DNA from: an uncultured Candidatus Rokubacteria bacterium
GTDB lineage: Bacteria; Methylomirabilota; Methylomirabilia; Rokubacteriales; DASRDR01
DNA length: 64,000 nt
Direction of reading: 5' to 3'
Assembly: GCA_963805625.1 (NCBI GenBank)
Contig: CAWDVE010000010.1
Coordinates: 1,952,001-2,016,000 of the forward strand
In this document: in pieces, positions 8,751 through 19,474 of the stretch
Layout: each line of letters starts with the position of its first letter
Numbering within the stretch: the stretch's first letter is position 1
Notes under the pieces: generated by a model
What the model saw: only the letters and a program-made list of their open reading frames with translations
What the model was told of the DNA's origin: nothing
Database searches by the model: none
Translations under genes and position numbers: made by a program

Positions 8751-11700
8751 ATGCAATGTCCCCGGTGCCAGCACGACAACCCACCGCGGGCCAAGTTCTG
8801 CTTGGAGTGTGGGACACCCGCGGACGGTGTGGCCTCGTCCCATGCAGACCTGAAGGCCGAGCTCGAGGGACTGAGGAGCTCGCTCGGCGAGGCGCTGGAA
8901 CAGCAGACCGCCACCGCCGAGATCCTGCGCGTCATCTCCAGCTCTCCGACCGACGTCCAACCCGTGTTCGCGGCGGTGTTGACGAGCGCCGCCCGTCTGT
9001 GCGACGCCTCCGATGCCACGATCTTCCAGGTCGATGGCGACGAGCTCCGCATCGTCGCTCACGAGGGCCCGATCCCTCTTACTCCTGTCAGCGCGCTTCC
9101 TCTGATACGCGGAACGGCCGCGGGACGTGCGGTGCTCGACCGGCGGACAATCCACGTTCCCGATTTGCAGGCCGAGGTTGACGAATACCCTGAGAGCAGT
9201 GCCCTCGCCCGGTCCCATGGTTCCCGGACGGTGCTCAACGTGCCTTTGTTCCGCGGGGCCGAGGCCATCGGGGCGGTCTCCATCCGGCGGACCGAGGTAC
9301 GTCCGTTCACCGACCGGCAAATCGAACTCCTGCAGACCTTCGCCGCCCAGGCCGTCATCGCCATCGAGAACGTCCGGCTGTTCACGGAGCTGCAGGAGAA
9401 GAACCGCGTGGTCATAGAGGCCCACGCGCAGGTGACCGAGTCGCTGGAGCAGCAGACGGCGACCGGCGAGATCCTACGGGTCATCGCGAGCTCGCCGACC
9501 GAGCTCCAGCCCGTCCTGGATGCTGTCGTGGGGAGCGCCGTGAGGTTCTGTGCCGCAGATGACGCGGTCATCCTGCGCCTCGAGGGCGACCGCTTTTCGG
9601 TGGTCGCTCACCACGGCCTGGTTTCTGCTCCTCTCGGGTTCGTGGTTCCGGTGGCCGGGACGACTTCGGGGCGCTGCGTGCTCGAGCGGCGGCCGGTTCA
9701 CGTGGCCGATCTTCAGGCCGCCACGGAGGAGTTTCCCGAGGGGAGCGCCAGCGCCCGAGAGCTGGGCGTTCGCACGATCTTGAGCGTCCCGCTGTTCCGG
9801 GAAGATGTGACGCTGGGCGTGATCATGCTGCGGCACACGCGGGTCGAGCCCTTTTCGGACAAGCAGGTGGCGCTGCTCCAGACCTTCGCCGACCAGGCCG
9901 TGATCGCCATCCAGAACGTGCGGCTGTTCAACGAGACGAAAGAGGCGCTCGAGCAACAGACGGCCACGAGTGAGATCCTGCGAGTCATCGCGAGCTCGCC
10001 GACCGATCTCCAGCCGGTCATGGCGGCGGTTGCTGAGAACGCCGCCCGGCTCTGTGGAGCGAACGACGCGATGATCCTCCGCGTGGAAAACAACATGCTC
10101 CATCCGGCCGCCGTGTTCGGGGGAATGCCGAGCGTGTCGGTCCCACTCTCCCGCCGGTCACCGGGCGGCCGCACGGTGATCGACCAGCAGACTTTGCACA
10201 TCCATGACGTTGCAGCGGTCGCCGCAGAGTATCCCGACAGTCCGGCCGCTGCCCGTGGCGTGCGCACCCTCCTGAGCACCCCGTTGCTGAGCCAGGGCGG
10301 CTCCATCGGGGCGATCGTCATCCGCCGGATGGAGGTCAAGCCGTTCACCGACCAGCAGATCGCTCTCCTTCAGACCTTCGCCGACCAGGCGGTGATCGCG
10401 ATCGAGAACGTGCGGTTGTTCACCGAGTTGCAGGAGAAGAATCGCGCGCTCACCGCCGCCCATGCCCAGATCAGCGAGACCCTGGAGCAGCGGACCGCCA
10501 CGGCCGAGATTCTCCAAGTCATCTCGCGCTCGCCGACCGACGTGCAGCCGGTTTTCGATACCATCGTCCGGTCCGCGGTGCCCCTGTGTGCCGCAGTGCG
10601 GAGCAACGTCCAACTGTTCGATGGCGAACTGATGCATTGGGTTGCGCAGTACAACGTCCGCTCGGAGGCGATGGACTTGATTCACCGGCTCTACCCGATG
10701 CAGCCGGATCGAAGCCAGACAGCGAGCCGCGCGGTCCTGACGAGAAGCGTCGTGCACCTGCCCGACGTCCTGGACGATCACGAGTACCGCCGAGAGCTGG
10801 CTTTGAGTGGCGGCTGGCGCAGCATGCTGTCGGTACCGATGATCCGGGCGGGAGACCCCATCGGGGCGATTACGGTCGTGAGGGACGAGCCCGGGCGGTT
10901 TTCGGAGACCCAGATCGCGCTGCTCCAGACCTTCGCCGACCAGGCCGTCATCGCCATCGAGAATGTGCGGCTGTTCACGGAACTGGAAGGGAAGAACCTG
11001 GCCCTCACGAAGGCCCATGCCCAGGTCACGGAGGCGCTCGAGCAGCAGACGGCGACGGCCGAGATCCTGCGGGTCATCGCAAGCTCGCCGACCGATGTCC
11101 AGCCCGTGTTCGACGCCATCGTAGAGAGCGCGGTGCGCTTGTGTGAGGCGCGGTATGGAGCGGTGTTCAGCTTCGACGGTGAGCTCCTTCGCTTCGTCGC
11201 GCACTACAGCCTTCCCGAGGCAATTTTGGAGGCGGTTCGCAGGCAGTTTCCGGTGCATCCGAGCCGCGCAGTAATTGCGGGTCGGGCGGTCCTGAGCGCC
11301 GAGGTCGTCCAGATCCCCGACGTCTATCTAGATCCCGACATCACTCCCAACGCGGCACGGGCAGGCGTCCGAGGCCTGCTGGCAGTCCCGATCCTCCGCG
11401 CGGATGCCCCCATTGGGGCGATCGTCATCTACCGGACAGATCCAGGCTCGTTCGCCGACAACTACATTTCGCTGCTCAAGACCTTCGCCGACCAGGCGGT
11501 GATCGCCATCGAGAACGTCCGTCTGTTCAATGAGACGAAAGAGGCGCTGGAACAGCAGACGGCCACGGCTGACATCCTGCGCGTGATTGCAGGCTCACCG
11601 ACCGATCTGCAACCGGTCATGGAGGCCGTCGCCGAGAATGCCGCGCGGGTGTGTGGGGCATTAGATTCCTCGATCTTCCGTCTCGAAGGGGAGCACCTGC

Positions 11701-13370
11701 GTGTGGTGGCGCGGCATGGATCGCTGCGCCGATCCCTGGCGGTTGGCGACACCATCCCGGTCAGTCGCGGCACCATAAGTGGACAGGTTGTGGGCAACCG
11801 ACGGACGATCCACGTCGAGGACATCATGGCGGCGGAGGTGGAGTTCCCAGACAGCGTGTCCCGCCTGAGGCAGACCGGGGCCGCGGTCCGGACGGCGCTG
11901 GCGACACCGCTGCTGCGCGAGGGCACACCGCTGGGCGTCATCACCATCTCCCGGGGACCCGAGGTCCGTCCCTTCTCCGAAAAGCAGATCGCGCTCCTCG
12001 AGACGTTCGCCAACCAGGCGGTCATCGCGATCGAGAACGTCCGCCTGTTCCAGGAGCTCGAGGCTCGGACGCGAGACCTGACGCGGTCGGTGGAAGAGCT
12101 GCAGGCCCTAAGCGCGGTTAGCCGGACAGTGAGCTCCACCCTCGACCTCCCCACCGTCCTGACCACGATCGTCAGCCGCGCGGTGCAGCTTGCCGGAGCG
12201 GCGGGCGGAGTGATCTACGAGTATGACGACGCCACTCAGAAGTTCCAGCTCCGGGCGAGTCACCGGATGGAAGAGGAGCTCGTCGAGGTGCTGCGCGCGG
12301 CCCCGATCTCCCTCGGCGAGGGGGCGACGGGCCAGGCGGCCCTTCGCCGCGAGCCGGTTCAGTTGCCGGACATCGGCGACGCGGAAGCGTTCAGCGCGAT
12401 CCGCATCCGGACGGTTCTGTTGCAGCTGGGCTATCGCTCGGTCCTGGCCGTGCCCCTCCTGTCAGAACAGAGGATCCTCGGTGTGCTGACGGTCTGGCGG
12501 CAAGCTGCCGGCCTCTTTCCCGAGGAGGTCGTAAACCTCCTCCAGACCTTCGCCAGCCAGTCCGCGTTGGCCATCCAGAACGCCCGCCTTTTTCGGGAGA
12601 TCGCCGACAAGAGCCGCCAACTCGAGGCGGCCAGTCGCCACAAGTCGGAGTTCCTCGCCAACATGTCCCACGAGCTCCGGACGCCGCTGAACGCGATCCT
12701 CGGGTTCTCGGAGGTCCTGGCCGAGCGGATGTTCGGGGAGGTGAACGAGAAGCAGGCCGAGTATCTGCAGGACATCCTGTCCTCGGGTCGGCATCTACTC
12801 TCGTTGATCAACGACATCCTCGACCTGTCCAAGGTAGAGGCCGGCCGGCTCGAGCTGGAGCTCGGGCGGTTCCACCTGCCCACCGCGCTCGACAACGCGC
12901 TGACCCTGGTCCGGGAACGGGCGACCCGGCATGGGATCAGGCTCACCCAGTCCGTAGCCGAGGGGGTGGGCGACATCGTCGCGGACGAGCGGAAGGTGAA
13001 GCAGATCCTGCTGAACCTCCTCTCCAACGCCGTGAAGTTCACCCCGGAGGGAGGACGGGTGGCCCTCACCGTCACGGCGGCCGAGGGCGTCGTCACCATC
13101 ACCGTCACCGACACGGGGGTCGGAATCGCGCCTGAGGACCAGGCGGCGATCTTCGAGGAGTTCCGCCAGGTCGGGCGCGAGGACGCCCGGAAGCAGGAAG
13201 GCACGGGACTCGGGCTGACGCTGGCCAAGAAGTTCGTGGAGCTGCACGGGGGGCGGATCTGGGTCCAGAGCCAGGTGGGTCAGGGGTCCACGTTCACGTT
13301 CACGCTACCCGTTCGGCTTGACTGCGGGAGTGCGAGCGACCACGGCGAAGGGGCGTCTCTACAGCAATGA
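8751..13370 (+). CDS. Sensor histidine kinase: zinc ribbon + 7 GAF domains + HisKA + HATPase
   Basis: CPRC..CLEC, repeated QQTATxEILRVI...FADQAVIAIENVRLF units, FLANMSHELRTPLN, NLLSNAVKFT, DTGVGI, GTGLGL. Confidence 0.93.
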   Translation: MQCPRCQHDNPPRAKFCLECGTPADGVASSHADLKAELEGLRSSLGEALEQQTATAEILRVISSSPTDVQPVFAAVLTSAARLCDASDATIFQVDGDELRIVAHEGPIPLTPVSALPLIRGTAAGRAVLDRRTIHVPDLQAEVDEYPESSALARSHGSRTVLNVPLFRGAEAIGAVSIRRTEVRPFTDRQIELLQTFAAQAVIAIENVRLFTELQEKNRVVIEAHAQVTESLEQQTATGEILRVIASSPTELQPVLDAVVGSAVRFCAADDAVILRLEGDRFSVVAHHGLVSAPLGFVVPVAGTTSGRCVLERRPVHVADLQAATEEFPEGSASARELGVRTILSVPLFREDVTLGVIMLRHTRVEPFSDKQVALLQTFADQAVIAIQNVRLFNETKEALEQQTATSEILRVIASSPTDLQPVMAAVAENAARLCGANDAMILRVENNMLHPAAVFGGMPSVSVPLSRRSPGGRTVIDQQTLHIHDVAAVAAEYPDSPAAARGVRTLLSTPLLSQGGSIGAIVIRRMEVKPFTDQQIALLQTFADQAVIAIENVRLFTELQEKNRALTAAHAQISETLEQRTATAEILQVISRSPTDVQPVFDTIVRSAVPLCAAVRSNVQLFDGELMHWVAQYNVRSEAMDLIHRLYPMQPDRSQTASRAVLTRSVVHLPDVLDDHEYRRELALSGGWRSMLSVPMIRAGDPIGAITVVRDEPGRFSETQIALLQTFADQAVIAIENVRLFTELEGKNLALTKAHAQVTEALEQQTATAEILRVIASSPTDVQPVFDAIVESAVRLCEARYGAVFSFDGELLRFVAHYSLPEAILEAVRRQFPVHPSRAVIAGRAVLSAEVVQIPDVYLDPDITPNAARAGVRGLLAVPILRADAPIGAIVIYRTDPGSFADNYISLLKTFADQAVIAIENVRLFNETKEALEQQTATADILRVIAGSPTDLQPVMEAVAENAARVCGALDSSIFRLEGEHLRVVARHGSLRRSLAVGDTIPVSRGTISGQVVGNRRTIHVEDIMAAEVEFPDSVSRLRQTGAAVRTALATPLLREGTPLGVITISRGPEVRPFSEKQIALLETFANQAVIAIENVRLFQELEARTRDLTRSVEELQALSAVSRTVSSTLDLPTVLTTIVSRAVQLAGAAGGVIYEYDDATQKFQLRASHRMEEELVEVLRAAPISLGEGATGQAALRREPVQLPDIGDAEAFSAIRIRTVLLQLGYRSVLAVPLLSEQRILGVLTVWRQAAGLFPEEVVNLLQTFASQSALAIQNARLFREIADKSRQLEAASRHKSEFLANMSHELRTPLNAILGFSEVLAERMFGEVNEKQAEYLQDILSSGRHLLSLINDILDLSKVEAGRLELELGRFHLPTALDNALTLVRERATRHGIRLTQSVAEGVGDIVADERKVKQILLNLLSNAVKFTPEGGRVALTVTAAEGVVTITVTDTGVGIAPEDQAAIFEEFRQVGREDARKQEGTGLGLTLAKKFVELHGGRIWVQSQVGQGSTFTFTLPVRLDCGSASDHGEGASLQQ

Positions 13371-16300
13371 GGTGCCCCCGGTGCCAGCACGAGAACCCGT
13401 CCGAGTCGAACTTCTGCCTCGGGTGCGGAGTCCGCCTCGGTCTGCGATGCGCCTCCTGCGGCAGCGACCTCCCGACAGAGTCTCGATTCTGCAACAAATG
13501 CGGTCACGCGGTCGGTGACCAGGTTGATTCGGACCGACGCTTCTCCTCGCCTGACGCCTACACGCCCAAGCACCTGGCCGAGAAGATTCTCACCTCCAAG
13601 GCCGCCCTCGAGGGCGAGCGGAAGCAGGTCACGGTGCTCTTCGCCGATCTCAAGGGCTCGATGGAGCTGCTTGCCGATCGGGACCCCGAGGAGGCGCGGA
13701 AGCTTCTCGATCCCATCTTGGAGCGGATGATGGAGGCCGTCCACCGCTACGAGGGCACCGTCAACCAAGTCATGGGCGACGGCATCATGGCGCTGTTCGG
13801 GGCGCCGCTCGCCCACGAGGATCACGCGGTGCGGGCCTGTTACGCGGCGATCGATCTCCAGCGTGCGATGCGGCGGCTGACCGAGGCGCTCCGGCTCTCC
13901 CACGGGCTCACCGTCCAGGCCCGGGTCGGCCTCAACTCCGGCGAGGTCGTGGTGCGCACGATCGCGAGCGACCTCCACATGGACTATACGGCCGTGGGCC
14001 AGACCACCCACCTGGCCGCCCGCATGGAGCAGCTCGCCAGCCCGGGCACGACGCTCCTTACCGCCGACACCCTCCGCCTTGCGGAAGGGTACGTCGAGGT
14101 GACGCCGCTCGGCGCCATGCCGGTCAAGGGGCTGCTCACGCCGGTCGAGGCCTACGAGCTCATGGGCGCGGGACCCCGGCGCTCGCGCCTCTCCGCGGCG
14201 GCCGCGCGCGGGCTGAGTCGTTTCTTGGGCCGGGACGGGGAGCTGGACCAGCTCCGGGAGGCGCTCGGTCGTGCGGCGAGCCGGCACGGTCAGGTGGTGG
14301 CGATCGTCGGCGAGCCCGGCGTCGGGAAGTCGCGGCTCGTCTGGGAGGTGACCCACTCCCACCGGGCTCACGGCTGGCTGATCCTCCAGGCGGGCTCGGT
14401 GTCGTACGGCAAGGCCACGCCGTATCTCCCGGTGATCGACCTCCTCAAGGGCTACCTCCAGATCGCCGACCGTGACGAGCCCCGCGCCATCCGGGAGAAG
14501 GTCACGGGCAAGCTCCTCACGCTCGACCGTACCCTTGAGCCCGCGCTCCCCGCGCTCCTCGCGCTGCTCGACGTGCCGGGGGAGGACCGCCGGTGGGAAG
14601 CGCTGGACCCGCCCGCGCGGCGGCAGCGGACCATCGAGGCTTTGAGACGGCTCCTCCTGCGGGAGAGCCAGGCCCAGCCGCTCCTGGTCGTGTTCGAGGA
14701 CCTCCACTGGATCGACGCGGAGACGCAAGCCGTCCTCGATCGGCTGGTCGAGAGCCTGCCGACGGCCCGGTTCCTGCTCCTCGTCAACTACCGCCCGGAG
14801 TACCGGCACGACTGGGGTGGGAAGACCTACTATCGCCAGCTCCGGCTCGATCCGCTCGCGCCGGCCAATGCGACCGCACTGCTGGAGACCCTGCTCGGCG
14901 GCGACGCCGGTCTCGAGCCGCTAGAGCGCCTCCTCCTCGCGCGGACCGAAGGCAACCCGTTCTTCCTCGAGGAAAGCGTGCGGAGCCTCGTGGACGACGG
15001 GGTGCTCGCGGGCGAGCGCGGCGCGTATCGGCTCGTGAAGGCGGCGGACACCATCCACGTGCCGGCCACGGTGCAAACGATCCTGGCGGCGCGGATTGAC
15101 CGGCTACCGCCGGAGGACAAGACGCTCCTCCAGACCGCCTCGGTCGTCGGCACCGACGTCCCGGTCGCCGTGCTCGCGGGCGTCGCCGACACAGCCGCGG
15201 AGGCGCTGGCCGACCGCCTCGGCCGCCTCCAGGCCCGCGAGTTCCTCTACGAGACGCGCCTCTTCCCCGACGCCGAGTACACCTTCAAGCACGCGCTCAC
15301 GCATGAGGTGGCCTACGGGAGCCTGCTCCAGGATCGCCGGCGCGCACTCCACGCCCGGGCCGTCCCGGCCATCGAGGGCCTCTACCCTGAGCGGCTCGCC
15401 GAGCACGTCGAGCGCCTGGCCCACCACGCGCTCCGGGGCGAGGAGTGGGAGAAGGCTGTCTCCTACCTCCATCAGGCCGCCAGAAAGGCGTTGGCGCGCT
15501 CGGCCTACCGGGAAGCCGCGGCCAACTTCGAGCAGGCGCTCGACACGCTCCGGCACCTTCCGGAGGGTCCGGAACGGACGAAGCAGGCCATCGACCTCCA
15601 CCTCGACGCCGTCGGCGCGGTGGTAGGGGCGGGCGCGTGGGTGAAGAGCACCGAGCATATCCACGAGGCAAAACGCCTCGCCGAGGCGCTGGGGGACGAG
15701 CGCCGGCTGGGGCGGACCTTGGCGGCGCTAGCAGTCTGGGCCTGGAGCGCGGGTGATCCCGATCAGGCGCTCGAGCTGAGCCATCGGGCTCTGGCCATCG
15801 CCATTGGCCACAACGACGAGTCCCTCCAGGCATTGGTTGGCGACCGCCTCGGCGCGATCTGGCAGGAGAAGGGAGACTATCGGCAAGCTGTCGAGCACCT
15901 CAGCCGGGGCGTGGAGGCGCTTCAGGACAATCGGCAGTACAAACGGACACCGACCGGCGTCGTGGTGTCCATCTGGGCGCGGGATCGGCTCGCCGCGTGC
16001 CTCGCCGAGTTGGGTGACTTCGCCGAGGCAATGGCGCGCGCCGAGGAGGCCGGCCGGATCGCCCGCGAGATCGATCATGCCCCCAGCCAACTCTGCGCTT
16101 ACCGAAGCCTGGGGCTCGTGTCCCTCCGCCGCGGTGATCTCGTACAGGCGATTCCTCCGCTCGAGCATGCCGTCGAGCTGTGCCGAGGCATCCCGGCACC
16201 GAACTACTTCGACGGCTCGGCTGCACGCCTCGGCTACGCGTACGCGCTGTCGGGCCGCCTTCCCGAGGGCGTGGCCCTTATCGAGGAGGCGTTGGCCAAC

Positions 16301-16735
16301 CCTGCGGCGATGGGCGGCGTCGCCAACCATCCGCTGTTCCTGGCCTACCTCGGCGAGGCACACCTCCTGACCGGCCGTGCGGGCGATGCGCTCGAGGTCG
16401 CCCGGCGCGCCCTCGACCTCGCGCAGCGCCAGAAGGAGCGCGGCAACGAGGCGTGGGTGCTGCGCCTCCTTGGCGAGATCGCCGCGCACGACGACCCGCC
16501 AGACGTGAAGTCAGCCGAGGACCACTACCGCCAGGCGCTCGCGCGATCCGACGAACTCGGCATGCGCCCCCTGGTCGCCCACTGCCACCTCGGCCTCGGC
16601 AAGCTCTACCGGCGAACCGGGGACGGCGCGAAGGCCGAGCAGCACCTGACGATCGCGAGAGCCATGTATCGGGAGATGGGCATGAGTTTCTGGCTGGAGA
16701 AGGCAGACACGGAGCTGGGTGGAGTCCAGCGATGA
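13367..16735 (+). CDS. Double zinc ribbon - class III adenylate/guanylate cyclase - AAA/STAND ATPase - TPR protein
   Basis: Four CxxC, TVLFADLKGS, MGDGIMALFGAP, GEPGVGKS, VFEDLHWID, GNPFFLEE, C-terminal TPR-like helices. ATGA overlap with kinase gene. Confidence 0.92.
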   Translation: MRCPRCQHENPSESNFCLGCGVRLGLRCASCGSDLPTESRFCNKCGHAVGDQVDSDRRFSSPDAYTPKHLAEKILTSKAALEGERKQVTVLFADLKGSMELLADRDPEEARKLLDPILERMMEAVHRYEGTVNQVMGDGIMALFGAPLAHEDHAVRACYAAIDLQRAMRRLTEALRLSHGLTVQARVGLNSGEVVVRTIASDLHMDYTAVGQTTHLAARMEQLASPGTTLLTADTLRLAEGYVEVTPLGAMPVKGLLTPVEAYELMGAGPRRSRLSAAAARGLSRFLGRDGELDQLREALGRAASRHGQVVAIVGEPGVGKSRLVWEVTHSHRAHGWLILQAGSVSYGKATPYLPVIDLLKGYLQIADRDEPRAIREKVTGKLLTLDRTLEPALPALLALLDVPGEDRRWEALDPPARRQRTIEALRRLLLRESQAQPLLVVFEDLHWIDAETQAVLDRLVESLPTARFLLLVNYRPEYRHDWGGKTYYRQLRLDPLAPANATALLETLLGGDAGLEPLERLLLARTEGNPFFLEESVRSLVDDGVLAGERGAYRLVKAADTIHVPATVQTILAARIDRLPPEDKTLLQTASVVGTDVPVAVLAGVADTAAEALADRLGRLQAREFLYETRLFPDAEYTFKHALTHEVAYGSLLQDRRRALHARAVPAIEGLYPERLAEHVERLAHHALRGEEWEKAVSYLHQAARKALARSAYREAAANFEQALDTLRHLPEGPERTKQAIDLHLDAVGAVVGAGAWVKSTEHIHEAKRLAEALGDERRLGRTLAALAVWAWSAGDPDQALELSHRALAIAIGHNDESLQALVGDRLGAIWQEKGDYRQAVEHLSRGVEALQDNRQYKRTPTGVVVSIWARDRLAACLAELGDFAEAMARAEEAGRIAREIDHAPSQLCAYRSLGLVSLRRGDLVQAIPPLEHAVELCRGIPAPNYFDGSAARLGYAYALSGRLPEGVALIEEALANPAAMGGVANHPLFLAYLGEAHLLTGRAGDALEVARRALDLAQRQKERGNEAWVLRLLGEIAAHDDPPDVKSAEDHYRQALARSDELGMRPLVAHCHLGLGKLYRRTGDGAKAEQHLTIARAMYREMGMSFWLEKADTELGGVQR

Positions 16736-17706
16736 CGCGAGTCTTGTCGATCATACTGATCGTTGCGGCTCTCGCCGCGCCGCTCGCCACCGAAGCGCAA
16801 CAGCCAGCGAAGGTTCCCCGGATCGGATATCTAGAATCCGGCGCCCCTGGCACGCCCCTCGTGGAGGCATTCCGGCAAGGGCTCCGCGATCTCGGCTGGA
16901 TCGAGGGCCAGAGCATCGCCGTTGAGGTCCGGGCCGCCGACGGGAAGTATGATCGGCTGCCTGAACTCGCGGCTGAGCTTGTCCGTCTCAAGATTGACGT
17001 GATCTTCGCCTCGAGCACGCCAGCGGCCCTGGCTGCCAAGCAGGCCACCACGACGATCCCCATCGTCATCGGGCGTGTGGCCGATCCGGTTGGGAGTGGG
17101 CTGGTCACCACGCTGGCGCGGCCGGGGGGCAACATCACGGGGTGGACGCATCAGGGTCTCGAGTTGCGGGTGAAGTACCTGGATCTGCTCAAAGAGGCCA
17201 TACCGGGGGCCACGCGGATCGGTATCCTCTGGAACCCTGCCAACCCCATCCATGGTCCGTCGTTGAAGTCCATCGAAGCCACGGCCGAGGCACTCAAGGT
17301 GGAGCTTCACCCCGTGGGGGCGCGAGATCCTCAAGAGATCGAGAGCGCCTTCTCTGCGCTGGCCGAAAAACGCGTGCAGGCGCTCACGGTGTTTCAGGAT
17401 GGGATGTTCTTGGCTCAAGGACAGCGGATCATCGCCCTCGCTGCACGAGGTCGAATCCCGGCGATGTACGGTCTCACGGACCTTGTGAGGGCCGGTGGAC
17501 TCATGGGCTATGGAGTCAACTTGCCCGGCATGTACCGGCACGGGGCATCGTTCGTGGACCGCATCCTCAAGGGCGCCAAGCCGGCCGATCTCCCCATCGA
17601 ACAGCCCACCACGTTCGAGTTCGTGATCAACCTGAAGACCGCCAAGGCCCTCGGCCTCACGATCCCGCCGGCGGTGCTCGCGCGGGCGGATCAAGTGCTT
17701 CAGTGA
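16732..17706 (+). CDS. ABC-type substrate-binding protein (PF04392-like)
   Basis: Signal peptide, RIGYL, LARPGGNITG, ILKGAKPADLPIEQPTTFEFVINLKTAKALGL. Confidence 0.9.
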   Translation: MTRVLSIILIVAALAAPLATEAQQPAKVPRIGYLESGAPGTPLVEAFRQGLRDLGWIEGQSIAVEVRAADGKYDRLPELAAELVRLKIDVIFASSTPAALAAKQATTTIPIVIGRVADPVGSGLVTTLARPGGNITGWTHQGLELRVKYLDLLKEAIPGATRIGILWNPANPIHGPSLKSIEATAEALKVELHPVGARDPQEIESAFSALAEKRVQALTVFQDGMFLAQGQRIIALAARGRIPAMYGLTDLVRAGGLMGYGVNLPGMYRHGASFVDRILKGAKPADLPIEQPTTFEFVINLKTAKALGLTIPPAVLARADQVLQ

Positions 17707-18683
17707 TGGACCGACGGGGTTTTGTCGCCGGCGCGGTCAGCGTCCTCGCCGGGCCGCTCGTGGCCTGGGCGCAGCCGGTTGGGCACCTCCCAGCGCGGAT
17801 TGGCTACCTGGGGAACGGGAACTCGAACCCGAATACCTCACTGAAGGCGTTCCGGCAAGGCCTTCGTGACCTGGGTTGGATCGAGGGCCAGACGGTCGTG
17901 ATCGAGTACCGCTGGGCCGAAGGCCACCTCGAGCGCCTCCCGGCGCTGGCGGCCGAGTTGGTCCAGGTCAGGTGCGACGTCATCGTCGTGGCCGGGACTC
18001 AAGGGATCCAAGCGGCCAGGCAAGCGACCAGCCGCATTCCCATCGTCATCGGTGCCCTCCTGGTCGACCCGGTCGGCCTCGGCTTCGTAACCAGCCTGGC
18101 GCACCCGGGTGGGAACATCACCGGACTCGCCTCCGAATACGAGGCCATCGTCACGAAGCAAGTACAGCTCCTGACGGAAGCAGTCCCGAGGCTTGCCCGG
18201 CTAGTCCTGCTCCGTTACGCACCCGGTGTGCAGGGTCCAGCCGCCGCCGCGGCCGGCGCCGCCGACACGCTTGGTCTCAGGTTCCGAGTGCTTGAGGTCA
18301 AGGAGGCCGCCGAGCTCGAGGGCGCGTTCCGAACGGCCCGCGACGAGCACGCCCAGGCCATTCACGTGCTACCGAGCCCATTTTTCGACGTGCACCGGCG
18401 TCTGTTGGCCCAGCTGGCTGCCCGCTACCGCCTCCCGGCCATGTACGAGTTCAGGGAATATGTCCAGGACGGAGGCCTCATGTCGTACGGACCGAGTCTG
18501 CCTCAGATGTTCCGGCGGGCTGCCACCTATGTCGACAAGATCCTCAAAGGCGCCAAGCCCGCCGACCTCCCCATCGAGCAGCCGACGAAGTTTGAGCTCG
18601 TCATCAACCTGAAGACGGCGAAGGCCCTCGGCCTCACCATTCCGCCCTCGGTGCTGGCCCGGGCGGACGAGGTCATCCAGTGA
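17706..18683 (+). CDS. ABC-type substrate-binding protein (PF04392-like), Tat-like signal
   Basis: MDRRGFV start, TGATG overlap, same family motifs as the upstream paralog. Confidence 0.9.
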   Translation: MDRRGFVAGAVSVLAGPLVAWAQPVGHLPARIGYLGNGNSNPNTSLKAFRQGLRDLGWIEGQTVVIEYRWAEGHLERLPALAAELVQVRCDVIVVAGTQGIQAARQATSRIPIVIGALLVDPVGLGFVTSLAHPGGNITGLASEYEAIVTKQVQLLTEAVPRLARLVLLRYAPGVQGPAAAAAGAADTLGLRFRVLEVKEAAELEGAFRTARDEHAQAIHVLPSPFFDVHRRLLAQLAARYRLPAMYEFREYVQDGGLMSYGPSLPQMFRRAATYVDKILKGAKPADLPIEQPTKFELVINLKTAKALGLTIPPSVLARADEVIQ

Positions 18684-18818
18684 TCCCGAATCTGACGCCC
18701 GGGGCCGGCGCGCGGTAGGGTTCGGGCAGGATGGCCGCGCGGGGTCGCCCCGAACGGAGGACGCGGTGACGGACCGACTCCTCGCGTTCCTGTACCAGCA
18801 CGCGGTGAGGACTGCGCC

Positions 18819-19430
18819 ATGAACTGGAGGTTCGCCTATTCGATTGGCTTCCACCCCTGGGAGGACGCCGTCACCGATCCACCATTCGTCGAGAAGGCTT
18901 CGGAACTGTTCGACCGCGAGGAGCAGGGGCGCGAGCCCCCCTACGGGCTGGCACTTGATCTGGGCACGGGGAGCGGAATCTGGGGGATCCAGCTCGCGAA
19001 GCGCGGCTGGCAGGTCACGGGTATCGACTTCGTCGAGAAGGCCCTCCGGCGCGCCCGCGACCGGGTCCAGAACGCCGGCGTCGCCATGCGGCTCATCCAT
19101 GCCGACGTGACCGCTCTGCGAGCGGCGGGCGTTGGCCAAGGCTTCCGGTTGGTCCTGGACACCGGAACCTTCCACGACCTGGACATGGTCCAGCGCGAGG
19201 CAGTGGGTCGGGAAGTCAGCGCGGTCGCGGCGGCCGATGCCACCGTGTTGCTGCTCGTGTGGCCGAAGCGCTGGAGACCACTAATACGGGGCGCGAGCCG
19301 GAGCGAGGTCGAGGCGGGGTTCCCCGGATGGAAGGTGACGAACGTGGAACCCTCGCACTTTCGGCCACCCAAGGTGCTGGAGTTGCTGCTGAGGCCCGAT
19401 GAGCACTGGTATCGGCTTCGTCGAGCCTGA
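18819..19430 (+). CDS. Class I SAM-dependent methyltransferase
   Basis: ALDLGTGSG, VTGIDF, LVLDTGTFH. Confidence 0.88.
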   Translation: MNWRFAYSIGFHPWEDAVTDPPFVEKASELFDREEQGREPPYGLALDLGTGSGIWGIQLAKRGWQVTGIDFVEKALRRARDRVQNAGVAMRLIHADVTALRAAGVGQGFRLVLDTGTFHDLDMVQREAVGREVSAVAAADATVLLLVWPKRWRPLIRGASRSEVEAGFPGWKVTNVEPSHFRPPKVLELLLRPDEHWYRLRRA

Positions 19431-19474
19431 GTTGTACGCTTGTCCATAGTGGCGCGGGCAGACGTGGTGATCCA

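Noticed and set aside
8890-12060. Repeated CAGACCTTCGCCGACCAGGC...ATCGAGAACGT blocks as a DNA repeat system or DGR
   Set aside because: Explained by conserved linkers of tandem GAF domains. No reverse transcriptase and no adenine-specific variation seen.
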